From IMG/VR virus record IMGVR_UViG_3300031555_002371, positions 64,001 to 128,000 of that record: a stretch of DNA of 64,000 nucleotides; one strand, written 5' to 3'. Origin of the DNA: a virus (lineage: Duplodnaviria > Caudoviricetes). This document shows, one piece after another, positions 9,073 through 19,074 of the stretch; the first letter of the stretch is position 1, and every line of letters starts with the position of its first letter. The notes beneath the pieces are model-generated. The model had not been told where the DNA came from, ran no database searches, and saw only the letters and a program-made list of their open reading frames with translations. A program made the translations under genes and the position numbers.

Positions 9073-9822
9073 TTACTCTGCAGCTTCGGTATCTTCCATG
9101 ATATCCATAACGTCGCCATTCTTATCTGCAAGCAGATTGAATGTAAGAGTTACAGAAGTAGGGTCGCCCTCAGAGCTGAAAGAAAGCTCAAAGTTTCTCT
9201 CAACAGAAGCCTTGTACGCAGTGATGATGTAAGGGGTCAAAACGCCTTCCTCATCCTTTTCAACAGTGTTCATAGTAATGAAATAATCCTTGGGAACTCT
9301 CTTGTTGTTGAAAGAAACACGCTTAACACCAGCAGTACGGTTAACAATATAACCAATTTCATACTCTGCTCCGGAAGTAATGGCGGAAGTCTCAGTAGGT
9401 GTGAACACACCACTTGCAAAAGTACCCGCAATCAATGCAGTTTCATCACCGAAAGAACCAGCAGGATAAACGAAAACAGTACCGGTCTTAACGTTTCCGG
9501 AAGTTGTTTCAATCTTGATAGTAGAATCGTCAGCAGTTACCTTCTTATGTACTGCCTGGATACCAGTGGACTCAATAGTACCATCAGAGAACAAAGAATA
9601 GAACTTGAACGGAATAACCTGTGCCTCGATAGTCATAGTGCCTTCAAGGGGGTTATGGAAAGCGATAGCTCTCTGACCTTTTGCCATGGCATAAACACTA
9701 TCGCCACTCAATCCAGCAGTTGTAGTATTAGCTGTATCGAAAAACAGGAAAGGTGCGAGTGTTTTCAAAACACGAATATCAACGTCGCAAACCTGTCTAT
9801 TAGCCTTATTTAATTCTGGCAT
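9073..9822 (-). CDS. Major tail tube protein
   Basis: Beta-rich 249 aa; C-terminal NFELSFSSEGDPTSVTLTFNLL; high-expression codon usage; position. Confidence 0.75.
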   Translation of the reverse strand: MPELNKANRQVCDVDIRVLKTLAPFLFFDTANTTTAGLSGDSVYAMAKGQRAIAFHNPLEGTMTIEAQVIPFKFYSLFSDGTIESTGIQAVHKKVTADDSTIKIETTSGNVKTGTVFVYPAGSFGDETALIAGTFASGVFTPTETSAITSGAEYEIGYIVNRTAGVKRVSFNNKRVPKDYFITMNTVEKDEEGVLTPYIITAYKASVERNFELSFSSEGDPTSVTLTFNLLADKNGDVMDIMEDTEAAE

Positions 9823-9854
9823 AATTATTTCCTCCTAAATTATTTATAATTGAT

Positions 9855-10655
9855 TTATTTTTTATCATAAGTATTTTTATACCATAGGGCGGCATCGAAA
9901 GTTTTCTTTTCATCGCCCCAAGCAGAAACACGAGCGGCATCAATGTCGTAAAATGCATTTGCTTGCAAACGATTAAAAGAGTCAAGCAACTGAAAAACAG
10001 TATAATCCCATATGTTAATCAAATTAATTGATGGATGTCTGCTTGCAACAGAAGATATAATATTTGGTATCGACAAATTTATATCATTCTTTGCGGCTGC
10101 TCGTTTTTCTTTTTGCCCTTTAAGTATCTTTAAATAATTCTTTTTTGCTTTTTCATTCTTGAATTTTAAGTTATCGAGCGGCTCATCTTCTGGTTCGTTT
10201 ATACCTAAAATCTGCTGAATAATATTAAGAATTTGCAAAAAAGAATTTTCTTTGACTACCCCACAAATATCTTTGGGATTAATCTTTTCGATATCCTCAA
10301 CATCGTTTTTTAACAAAACAAAAAAGCCTTCCGTGAAAATCACTTTTTCAAGGAAGAAGAAATTAAATATATCAAGATAGATATTTCTGGCTTTTTCATC
10401 TTGTAAAATGACCGAATACATTGTCATCTCGTCTTTGGTATCTTCATCAAGCGACTCCCACATAGTGTTGTCGGTTGATATACTACCATAATATTTATCG
10501 GGTGTCATTTTCAAAAACACCTGAAAGAAATTAAATTTTTCAAATGACATATCTGCCAATGTATTCGCAATCTCTCGCAATGTTGGCTTCCTTAATGTCC
10601 CGACAGACAGCTTAATCGGGGAAGGACTTAGTTGCGTTCCGTAGTCTAAACGCAT
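9855..10655 (-). CDS. Hypothetical tail-module protein
   Basis: 266 aa, coupled to upstream gene. Confidence 0.7.
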   Translation of the reverse strand: MRLDYGTQLSPSPIKLSVGTLRKPTLREIANTLADMSFEKFNFFQVFLKMTPDKYYGSISTDNTMWESLDEDTKDEMTMYSVILQDEKARNIYLDIFNFFFLEKVIFTEGFFVLLKNDVEDIEKINPKDICGVVKENSFLQILNIIQQILGINEPEDEPLDNLKFKNEKAKKNYLKILKGQKEKRAAAKNDINLSIPNIISSVASRHPSINLINIWDYTVFQLLDSFNRLQANAFYDIDAARVSAWGDEKKTFDAALWYKNTYDKK

Positions 10656-11143
10656 TATCTAAAAGAGGGTACATCAAAGTAAAGAATGCACCCATAGAAT
10701 CTATTGGCATTATAAATATCAACGCTGTCTAATTTCAATTTACCAATGCCGAAGCTATTCGCCACTTCTTCATCGTTGATTAATGTATCTTCTACCATTT
10801 GAGAAAGAATATCAATTCTGTCTCCGTAATAACCCTCTTTGAAATAGTTCTCTAAAATATCTCTGGAACAAATTAAATACATTACTACTCGGCAACTTTT
10901 AATTTGCTCCTGCAAAGAGGGAATTGCTACATCATAAAAGATGAATGTTTTGGCTTCTGTAATCGTGTCATCTATAAATAAATGTGATTTCACATATTGT
11001 TTAAAATTCGTCCGAATTTCTGAATTACTCATTCCGGTTGTATCACCCAAAAGCATTTCTCGTATGTTTTCATTTTTGTAAAGGGCTGTGGTGATTTCAC
11101 TTTTGAATTTTCCACGCTCAATTAAAGTCTTTTTTCTTGCCAT
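10655..11143 (-). CDS. Putative tail terminator/neck protein
   Basis: 162 aa; synteny before tail tube. Confidence 0.55.
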   Translation of the reverse strand: MARKKTLIERGKFKSEITTALYKNENIREMLLGDTTGMSNSEIRTNFKQYVKSHLFIDDTITEAKTFIFYDVAIPSLQEQIKSCRVVMYLICSRDILENYFKEGYYGDRIDILSQMVEDTLINDEEVANSFGIGKLKLDSVDIYNANRFYGCILYFDVPSFR

Positions 11144-11154
11144 AATTTACCCCT

Positions 11155-12234
11155 TTATATAAATGCTTTTATTGTGATGGTAATAGACTTGGTTTCATAG
11201 CCGTCACCACTTAACAATAGCTCAAATGAATTATTGACCAATTTGGCATTATCGACAGAAATCATGATTGAGTTGTCAACATACTCAACAATCAACTGGT
11301 CTGCAAAATCACAATTGATTTCCCATGTTGGAGCAATTGTATTAATTTTGTTCCCGCTATCATCATAAAAACACGCTGTAAATACACTGGCTTCTATTCC
11401 GTCAAAGATTTCAAGGCTTTCATACTCAATATCTGATGATAAAAGAACGCTTTTATCTTGTGTTTCCTCTGCAATAATTCCATCACATAACCAATATCCA
11501 TGTCCATCTATTAAGTAATATCCATCACCAGAATGTTGTTCATCCTGGGAAGCTATAAACTCAAAAAACCCATTGCCTTGATAATCGTATAGCACCGAGT
11601 CGGCTCGTGTTAATTCATATGTAGCTACAGGCTTTGATGTATCTTTAACAACATTTTCATCAAAACTCTTTTCATAAACACCACATCTCTTATCAATAAT
11701 AAAACGCTTGCCACTATCGAGCGACAAACATTCTATATCGTCTGGCGTATATACCATGAGTTGGTCACTCCTTAAAGAGTAATTTGTATTACTTGTTTCG
11801 CCATTATTATATTGAGAAGCGGATTGCAGCCTGCACCATCTTTGAATAATCTTTCCTGCTTCATTTACCCATGTTAATTGATAATTGCATAAATATAAGA
11901 TGGCTTTTTCGTACATATGGTTATCATCTACAAAGCCGACAATTAACCAATATCTATTTTTGTATTTAACATACATTCCTGCGCGGCAAGTGCCAATAGG
12001 TACTAACATACGACGTTGAGTTGAATTCAACTGTGTGTCCTGTACGCTACCTTGAATAATTGCTCTGGTTGGAACGCATTGTGATAGGTCATAATTGCAT
12101 AATTCTACATCACATCCCAAACTTGAATACAAGGCTTCGAGAAATGCGTCAGAAGCACAATTGTTAAAATCTTCGCTTTCAAAACCGCTAACATAATCGT
12201 GATTTGAATTCAAAAGATACCATTCTTTTGCCAT
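11155..12234 (-). CDS. Putative head closure/head-tail joining protein
   Basis: GMYVKYKNRYWLIV..LCNYQLTW pattern; C-terminal Ig-like beta region; synteny. Confidence 0.55.
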   Translation of the reverse strand: MAKEWYLLNSNHDYVSGFESEDFNNCASDAFLEALYSSLGCDVELCNYDLSQCVPTRAIIQGSVQDTQLNSTQRRMLVPIGTCRAGMYVKYKNRYWLIVGFVDDNHMYEKAILYLCNYQLTWVNEAGKIIQRWCRLQSASQYNNGETSNTNYSLRSDQLMVYTPDDIECLSLDSGKRFIIDKRCGVYEKSFDENVVKDTSKPVATYELTRADSVLYDYQGNGFFEFIASQDEQHSGDGYYLIDGHGYWLCDGIIAEETQDKSVLLSSDIEYESLEIFDGIEASVFTACFYDDSGNKINTIAPTWEINCDFADQLIVEYVDNSIMISVDNAKLVNNSFELLLSGDGYETKSITITIKAFI

Positions 12235-12248
12235 ACCAAATCACCACC

Positions 12249-12638
12249 TTATGAATATGCCGTAGGTTTTTGATTGTCGGTCATTCCAGAAGATTTTTCT
12301 ACATAATAATCCAACTCGGTTTTTGCCGCTGTCTTTGTATGACCAGCTCCATCTATCGAAATATCTTTACCAACAATAGAAACCTGTTTATTTACCTTTG
12401 ACAACTCCCGTTCTTGATATGATTGTCTCATGTACGATGCAAGAGTATCAATTACGTACATATCAAGAACACAGTCAAATTCCAATGTTATAACATCAAA
12501 AGTTAATGGGTCAAGCTCTATTGAATATCTCGCAATAGCTCTTTTTAACCAAATCAATTCGAGTTCTTCTGGGAGAACTACGCGGTCACGGAATGATGAT
12601 TCAAAACACTCGAACACTTCTTTTGCTGTTGTGTTCAT
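12249..12638 (-). CDS. Putative head-tail adaptor
   Basis: 129 aa helical protein after capsid genes. Confidence 0.55.
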   Translation of the reverse strand: MNTTAKEVFECFESSFRDRVVLPEELELIWLKRAIARYSIELDPLTFDVITLEFDCVLDMYVIDTLASYMRQSYQERELSKVNKQVSIVGKDISIDGAGHTKTAAKTELDYYVEKSSGMTDNQKPTAYS

Positions 12639-12653
12639 TGCTTTTTACCGCCT

Positions 12654-13148
12654 TTATTGCACTCTATACCCAGTATATTCTTCCACAAATCGAATCTTGG
12701 AATAGTCATTGATTTTAAGACGTTTAATCGCCTGAATCAATGCATATTTCTCGGCTCTTGTATAGAAGTTTTCCTTGCAAGCCTTTTCAAAGGACGCCTG
12801 TGTCTTTGAGTCAAAAACCTCTTTTACCTTTGCATCTGAGAAAATATTCTGCTTGATCTCTCCATTCTCACTCTCAAAATCAAGATAAACACGTGTTGCG
12901 GTGTCATCAATGTAGAGAGTCGCATGGCTACCATCACCATTTAATCCGCAAAATAATTTGTTTCCATTTTGCACTTGTGAAATAATCTCGTTACGAGACA
13001 ATCTTGTTGTTCCTTCGGGGGTGATGGTAACGTCTCCTACGGATTCAATTCTTGTAAAACCCGTACTCCAACCAGCAATGCTTCGAACCGTTACCTTTGC
13101 GTCAAGATTCAATTCCTGCACATCCTGTGCTGTGTTTTTTTCTGCCAT
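12654..13148 (-). CDS. Hypothetical head-module protein
   Basis: RBS GAGG; downstream of capsid. Confidence 0.65.
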   Translation of the reverse strand: MAEKNTAQDVQELNLDAKVTVRSIAGWSTGFTRIESVGDVTITPEGTTRLSRNEIISQVQNGNKLFCGLNGDGSHATLYIDDTATRVYLDFESENGEIKQNIFSDAKVKEVFDSKTQASFEKACKENFYTRAEKYALIQAIKRLKINDYSKIRFVEEYTGYRVQ

Positions 13149-13184
13149 TTTCAATACCTCATTTCAACTATTTTTAATATGATA

Positions 13185-13373
13185 TCAACTAAAATCATGT
13201 TTTACTTTGTTATATGAAACGATAATTTCGTCTAATTTCTCTGACTTCTTAAATACCCAATATCTTTTGCCACTCAATGAGTTAATTCTTGATGCATAAC
13301 ATTTAATACCAAAAGCCGAGATATAATGGAACAGCTTTAATGAATAGCAATAGAAATTATCTTTTCCTTCCAT
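13185..13373 (-). CDS. Small hypothetical protein (DUF5659-like)
   Basis: FYCYSLKL..YWVFKKSEKL; RBS GGGAG. Confidence 0.55.
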   Translation of the reverse strand: MEGKDNFYCYSLKLFHYISAFGIKCYASRINSLSGKRYWVFKKSEKLDEIIVSYNKVKHDFS

Positions 13374-13399
13374 AATTATCTCCCTATGTTATATAGAAA

Positions 13400-13432
13400 A
13401 AGTAGGGTATAGCAAGATACCATACCCTACTT
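13400..13432 (-). terminator. Terminator after major capsid gene
   Basis: AAGTAGGGTAT..ATACCCTACTT followed by T run on minus strand. Confidence 0.7.
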
Positions 13433-13447
13433 AAATCTATTTATGTA

Positions 13448-14551
13448 TTACTCCAAGCCACCAACATTGGTATCGTAAAGAATACCAATCTTGTGTTCCT
13501 GACCCTTTGCAACGTCGCAACCGATTTCGATGTCGAAACGAGTAAGAATCTTACCAGTCTTAACATCGTTACCAGTCATAGAGGTAAGACCACCACGACT
13601 GTAAGTAGCGATAGGAGACTTCACGCCAGCAGGGATAACAAAACCAAGACCAGCGGGAAGCAGAGTCTTGAAGTTAGAACCATCTGCATTAGTCTCGTAG
13701 AGGTTATAGGGGTTCTCCATTTCAGCAAGGATTGCACCATTGTACATAGACAATGCGCCAGTCTGTGCAATCTCATTCATAGCCTTCTCGGAAATACCGG
13801 TAATAGTGTTGCCGTTTACAGAACCAACATAACCAGCCCAAGGGGTGAACTGTGAAATCAATGCATAGTCACCGATAACAGTGGGGCGACCATTTCTACG
13901 AACATTAGTAAGCACAGCATCAACGCCAGCCTTTGTCAAGCCACCACCCTCGAATGTGTACTTAACACCAGTAGCAGCTTGAATAGCCTTGTAAACACGG
14001 TTTACAATAGCGAGTTTTGCACGATTGAGGATGTCAGTCTTAACATGAGCAATACCCTCATTTTCCTTGCTCATATCACCAAGGGCAACTCTACGGTAGT
14101 CAACTGCATAACCACCAGAAACGGTGAATGTAGAAACAGGGTAGGTTTCCTTAACAATAGCAGGGAATACAACGTCGCCGCCAGCAGCCTGTTCACGAGA
14201 ACGCTCGCCAACTTCATTGTAAATCTCACGCTCGATAGTTTCATCGTAACCAACGTGCTGGTAAGAACCGAAGATACCAAGCAACTTCAATTCCTCCATA
14301 ACGGGTGCTTCAAGAACGAAACGTCTTAAAGTGTTAAGCTCGGTAATAGCAACAACATCACCATTCTCTGCACGTGCGCCGAGGTTAGTGATATATTTAA
14401 CCGCTTCGTCAGCTTTCTTACCGAATCTGGAAAGTTCCTCGCCGTTTACCATAGCGGCGAAAATTTCAACAACAGGGGAAGTTCTTGTGAACTTGCCGTT
14501 GAATACATCAGCATCTTTACGAATGTTATTTAATTCAAAACTTGTATTCAT
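13448..14551 (-). CDS. Major capsid protein
   Basis: 367 aa, strongly biased codon usage, follows scaffold/decoration genes, followed by terminator. Confidence 0.8.
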   Translation of the reverse strand: MNTSFELNNIRKDADVFNGKFTRTSPVVEIFAAMVNGEELSRFGKKADEAVKYITNLGARAENGDVVAITELNTLRRFVLEAPVMEELKLLGIFGSYQHVGYDETIEREIYNEVGERSREQAAGGDVVFPAIVKETYPVSTFTVSGGYAVDYRRVALGDMSKENEGIAHVKTDILNRAKLAIVNRVYKAIQAATGVKYTFEGGGLTKAGVDAVLTNVRRNGRPTVIGDYALISQFTPWAGYVGSVNGNTITGISEKAMNEIAQTGALSMYNGAILAEMENPYNLYETNADGSNFKTLLPAGLGFVIPAGVKSPIATYSRGGLTSMTGNDVKTGKILTRFDIEIGCDVAKGQEHKIGILYDTNVGGLE

Positions 14552-14576
14552 AATTCTTATTCTTCCTTTCTAAAAA

Positions 14577-14981
14577 TTAGGCTACAACAACTTTAGCCTT
14601 GATTGCCTTTTCGGTGAGACGGGTGTCAACGTCTGTAACAACGAGATGAACACCAGCAGCCTCGCCGGTTGTCAACGCGCCATCCTCTGCGGGAACAAGA
14701 ACTGTGCCAACAGTAGCAGCCTCAATGCCACCGGTAATGTGCTTGCCATCAATAACGAGCTTCTGTCCTTCCCAAGCCTTAAGCGCATAACCATTAAGAT
14801 ACTCGCCAGCGGGAATTACAACATCTTCTCTATATGCGTTGTCACCTGTAACGGTGTTAGCAACGAGATAAACAATATCATCAACTGTGATGAAGGAATA
14901 ATTCTTTACATCCTTCTCAGCCTTTAAAACGGGATTAACCTTTGCAACTTCAATCATCCCTAAACTTTCGATTTTGATCAT
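14577..14981 (-). CDS. Capsid decoration/cement protein
   Basis: 134 aa beta-rich, directly before MCP. Confidence 0.6.
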   Translation of the reverse strand: MIKIESLGMIEVAKVNPVLKAEKDVKNYSFITVDDIVYLVANTVTGDNAYREDVVIPAGEYLNGYALKAWEGQKLVIDGKHITGGIEAATVGTVLVPAEDGALTTGEAAGVHLVVTDVDTRLTEKAIKAKVVVA

Positions 14982-15005
14982 AATTTAAATCTTCCTTTCT
15001 ATAAA

Positions 15006-16211
15006 TTAAAAAATATTTGTATCTTCTGCTTCGGGAGCATCAACGCTTACCTCTGCGAAAATATCTTCAACGCTTGCATTTGCTGCGTTCTGTTCTGAAA
15101 CAACCGCATCTGCCTCGCTCTTTGCCTTCTTGCCGATGCCCTCATAAATTTTGCTTACAATAGAATTAATCTCGGAAGCAATGGGGTCAGCATTGAATGC
15201 ATCAATTTCAGCCTGCGCATATGCCTTTTCCTCATCAGAGAAATCAGCGATAGCCGCATTAAGCTCGCCTACACGTTTTTCAGCCTGTGCTTTACCAAGT
15301 TCCACACGGAGAACTTTCATTTCCTCGTAGAGAGCATCAAGCTTCTGATAAGCCTCGTCTCTCTCTTTTTGACAAGCATCGAGAGCTGCCTGAATCTTTT
15401 CGACATCTGCGATAGCTTCATTCTTTTCGGCTTCAATAGCCTCTACCTTTGCATTAGCCTCGCTTACTTTCTTATCACACTCATCTTTGCACTGATTGAT
15501 TTCTGCTGTTCGAGCGGAAACTTCCTCAACAGTCTTTTCGATGAGATTCTTAATTTCAAGTTCGTTCATTGAGACTGTTTCCTCCTTATTATCATTATTT
15601 TTTTCATTTAATTCGAGAATTGTCGCCATAGGGTCAGCGGGTTTTACGCCGATAAGGGCGAATCCTGAATGTTCAAATACTGTGGGAATTCTGCCGATAT
15701 CTTTGTAACCATATTTATACACAATGCCATCATTGTCGTTTGTTTTTAAAATCTCTATACTGCCACTTGGCAACATCCCGTTTGCTATGTCATTTTCGAG
15801 CTTTTCGCAGAAATTATGGTAGCAACAACCATCAATTGTTCCAACGCCGATACAAGCCGTAATTGTAGTTCCATCGGGCAAAGTCACATCGTCGATGTAA
15901 CCACTATCAAATGTGCCGATTACGACTGCGTTTTCAAAAATAGGAAGCCCATCAACAATTCCTGTTTCGCCGTGACCGCATAACTCTGTTCTTTCTTCGT
16001 CAAGAAACTCACATCTCAAACTCATACCTTTGATACTCGGTAATGCGTTTTCACAATATTCTCGTATCCATGTAATACCGTTTTCGTTGTATTGAGTTCC
16101 TACTTCATTTTCTTCGTCTATACAATCATCCGGAAAAATCTGATACAATAACATTTTGAATTTCCGTCTGCCGTTTTTGGTTTTCTTTTTAGAAAGTTCA
16201 AATATTTTCAC
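15006..16211 (-). CDS. Prohead protease/scaffold protein
   Basis: N-terminal globular domain (GHG, GSIEI) and acidic coiled-coil C-terminus. Confidence 0.7.
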   Translation of the reverse strand: MKIFELSKKKTKNGRRKFKMLLYQIFPDDCIDEENEVGTQYNENGITWIREYCENALPSIKGMSLRCEFLDEERTELCGHGETGIVDGLPIFENAVVIGTFDSGYIDDVTLPDGTTITACIGVGTIDGCCYHNFCEKLENDIANGMLPSGSIEILKTNDNDGIVYKYGYKDIGRIPTVFEHSGFALIGVKPADPMATILELNEKNNDNKEETVSMNELEIKNLIEKTVEEVSARTAEINQCKDECDKKVSEANAKVEAIEAEKNEAIADVEKIQAALDACQKERDEAYQKLDALYEEMKVLRVELGKAQAEKRVGELNAAIADFSDEEKAYAQAEIDAFNADPIASEINSIVSKIYEGIGKKAKSEADAVVSEQNAANASVEDIFAEVSVDAPEAEDTNIF

Positions 16212-16251
16212 TTCATATTCACCGCCTTTCCTTATAGCGTTTGTATATTAA

Positions 16252-16274
16252 AAAGGCTACGAAAGCGTAGCCTT
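16252..16274. terminator. Terminator after lysin
   Basis: AAGGCTACG-AAAG-CGTAGCCTT with T run on minus strand. Confidence 0.7.
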
Positions 16275-16290
16275 AATAACCATATAAGTA

Positions 16291-17337
16291 TTAAACTTTC
16301 GTCAAATACTTCTTATCAACATTGCCTGTTACCGCTCCAACTTTTAGTGTTGAAACTGTAATTTTATTTCCGTCAACTCCACGAACATACAACGTCGAAT
16401 TATACACCCAAGACTGAAATTTAATTGTTTTTCCATACATAGGTGCATCCTTTTGTATTTTAACTTTATCGCCTTTTTCAAAAATGATTTCGGTTACAAC
16501 GGGTGTTTTCGTTGGAATTTTAATCTTTTGACCGACATTAATAATGTTCGGGTTGGCAATATTGTTATACTTTGCAAGTTCTTGATAGGTTGTTCCAAAT
16601 TTCTTTGCAATAATAGAGAGAGTATCTCCATTCCTAACAATATAAATAGTGTCTGTTGTGGGTTCTTTCTTTTCTTCGGCTAATAATGCCGCGACATCAT
16701 TTCTAACATTATCCATTGTGTATCCGTACTTCTTAAACCAGGAATAAATATCTCCATGATTTCCGCCGAGCTTCAATTTATAACTATCTGCATGGCACAG
16801 AATTGTAGGTACACTAACTCCGTTATACAATACCGTACCCAATGGGTCGATATTGAACAACTTACAAATATATGCGGTAAATTCACAGGCTTCTTTATAT
16901 GCTTTTAAGAAATAATCTTTATCGTCATATCCGTCATCGCAAATTTCAAATTGAAGCCAAAAATCATTTGTCCGTATGGTTTGACCGTTCTTCTTAATAT
17001 AACCATTACAAGAACCGAGTGTGCCTGCGCCGCATCCCCAAGGTTGTCGTTCCCATTCTCCGGCTTGGATTGTAGCAATCGAACCATCCGCTAACTTGCC
17101 AATCCATGCATTTAATCCTGCCTCATGACTAATATGATTCCAGTCATTGCCGTACTTATTTTTTCCGATTAAGGATATTAATTTATCATAATCTTCATCG
17201 CCATCATAAGGTTGTACATATCTTTTGAGATTGGGGTTTCCAGCGCCGGTATCATGCCAAAGAATTCCAATAGGTTTACCCATACGTGCGCCTTTATACC
17301 ATGTACTATGTGTTTGGAAGCATTTAATTAAATTCAT
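16291..17337 (-). CDS. Endolysin-like amidase_2 with LysM and SH3-like cell-wall-binding domains
   Basis: GILWHDTG, QFEICDD, ILCHAD, NHGD; YIVRNGDTLSIIAKKFG..NNIANPNIINVGQKIKIP. Confidence 0.88.
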   Translation of the reverse strand: MNLIKCFQTHSTWYKGARMGKPIGILWHDTGAGNPNLKRYVQPYDGDEDYDKLISLIGKNKYGNDWNHISHEAGLNAWIGKLADGSIATIQAGEWERQPWGCGAGTLGSCNGYIKKNGQTIRTNDFWLQFEICDDGYDDKDYFLKAYKEACEFTAYICKLFNIDPLGTVLYNGVSVPTILCHADSYKLKLGGNHGDIYSWFKKYGYTMDNVRNDVAALLAEEKKEPTTDTIYIVRNGDTLSIIAKKFGTTYQELAKYNNIANPNIINVGQKIKIPTKTPVVTEIIFEKGDKVKIQKDAPMYGKTIKFQSWVYNSTLYVRGVDGNKITVSTLKVGAVTGNVDKKYLTKV

Positions 17338-17405
17338 TTAATCACCCTATTCGTCAAAAAAAAGAGCTGTTTTATAACGACTCTTTGGTTTCTATATAAT
17401 ATCTA

Positions 17406-19058
17406 TTATTTTGTTGATGGTTTTGGATTGTTATTACTATTGTTCGATTTGCTTTGTAAGGTGTTTGGATTTTTACTATCATCATCTGTCGGTCTACCGG
17501 CTTTCTTCTTGTCGCCAGATGAGTTAAATGATGTAGCATGAATCGGATATTTATTTTCAATATCATCTTGAATTTCCTGGTCAAGCAATGCAAAAAATAC
17601 ATCTGGGGAAATACCACACGCACTCGCCCATAAAGATAAAGAACCTTTTCCTTGCAAATATAAATCTTTTGCAAAAGTAACCATTGAATCTCTATTTGCA
17701 TATGTAGTTTTAAGGTATTTACACTCAACCCAATTCTGCGTATCTTTGATGATATTAGCTCCGATACACTTATTTATCTCGGACTCAATCTGTTCGACCC
17801 ATTGAAAGAGTTGAGCGGAAACAAGTTCCAAGTTATTTGTTTGCGCAGAGTAACTTCCAGAGCCAGTTCCAGATAACAAACTCGAAGCAATACCCATGCC
17901 CATAGCAATCTTATCATCAAGATTTGATTCGTACTTTTCATCAAAAATATCAGTATTACTTGCATTGATAGTATCAAGTTTTGTTCCTGCGGCAACCGAG
18001 AAGAACGAAAGTCCGCCGCGATTATTTTTAGACATTACTGCACCCTTAACAGTGTCGTGCTGATGTTGCTGTTGAGCCTTTGTTAATGCACAACTACCCT
18101 TATCTTTCCCCTCTGGGAAAGTCTGATAAATAATTTTATTGTTGATTTCATCAAGTACATTTCTCTTGGTACTTGTGAAATAATCGCTATATAAAATATC
18201 GCTAATTGCAGCTAATACAAGAGGTCTACCATACTGCTCGCTACGAGAACTACGGATTTTATGTACAATAGTATTGTTATTATTAAGAACAATCCAATTG
18301 CCATTTTCGCTGGTTGCGTTGTTTTGCTGTTTGGTATATGCATCTCGAATTTCTTTGGGATATTTACGTAATTTCTTCTCGGCTGTTTCACCAGATGCAA
18401 CAGTAAAATAGTCGAGGTTAAAAGCGATAACATAAGAATTGTTTTTAATTCCAACAATTCTTGTGTAATCAGTGGGTAAAGAAATGATACTTGCATTGAT
18501 GCCTAATTCATTGATTTCAACAATACTATTGACATCATAATCACTCAAAATCTTTTGCAATGTTTGAGGTCTGCCGGTGCTTTCAAAATAATAAAAGGCA
18601 ACGCCCTCAATCATAGCTCTCCATAAAGCATCTCGAATAATTTCTTTGTCTTTAATCATTCGGAGAGTAGATGTAATCAACTCTTTATTGCGCTGTCTTT
18701 TCTTTTCACTTCTACCATGTGTAACAATAACCTTGTCAAGTGTTGGCATTGCTGCCATATAATCTACGGTATTTGTATATACACCGTTTGTTCCATATAA
18801 AATCAAAGAAATCTCACGAAGAATTGCATTATTACCAATGGGGTCTCTTACTAAATTGGCAAGTTCTTCGGGTTTATATAAATCAAAAATATTAAGTCCA
18901 AAGTAATAATTTGAATTGGCAACCATGCTATTCATGGAGCAAAATTCTCTGGCAACATCTTGATTTGATTGAGTTACACTATTCGTTTCCGCTACTTTAT
19001 TTTTAGGAGGACGCCCTCTTTTTTTTGGAGTAGTGGAAACAGATACTTCTTCTGCCAT
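17406..19058 (-). CDS. Portal protein
   Basis: 550 aa directly after terminase; YGRP motif; C-terminal GRP tail. Confidence 0.78.
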   Translation of the reverse strand: MAEEVSVSTTPKKRGRPPKNKVAETNSVTQSNQDVAREFCSMNSMVANSNYYFGLNIFDLYKPEELANLVRDPIGNNAILREISLILYGTNGVYTNTVDYMAAMPTLDKVIVTHGRSEKKRQRNKELITSTLRMIKDKEIIRDALWRAMIEGVAFYYFESTGRPQTLQKILSDYDVNSIVEINELGINASIISLPTDYTRIVGIKNNSYVIAFNLDYFTVASGETAEKKLRKYPKEIRDAYTKQQNNATSENGNWIVLNNNNTIVHKIRSSRSEQYGRPLVLAAISDILYSDYFTSTKRNVLDEINNKIIYQTFPEGKDKGSCALTKAQQQHQHDTVKGAVMSKNNRGGLSFFSVAAGTKLDTINASNTDIFDEKYESNLDDKIAMGMGIASSLLSGTGSGSYSAQTNNLELVSAQLFQWVEQIESEINKCIGANIIKDTQNWVECKYLKTTYANRDSMVTFAKDLYLQGKGSLSLWASACGISPDVFFALLDQEIQDDIENKYPIHATSFNSSGDKKKAGRPTDDDSKNPNTLQSKSNNSNNNPKPSTK

Positions 19059-19074
19059 ATCGCATCCTCCTTTC

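Noticed and set aside
8827-9813. 328-aa + strand ORF
   Set aside because: Antisense to the codon-biased major tail gene
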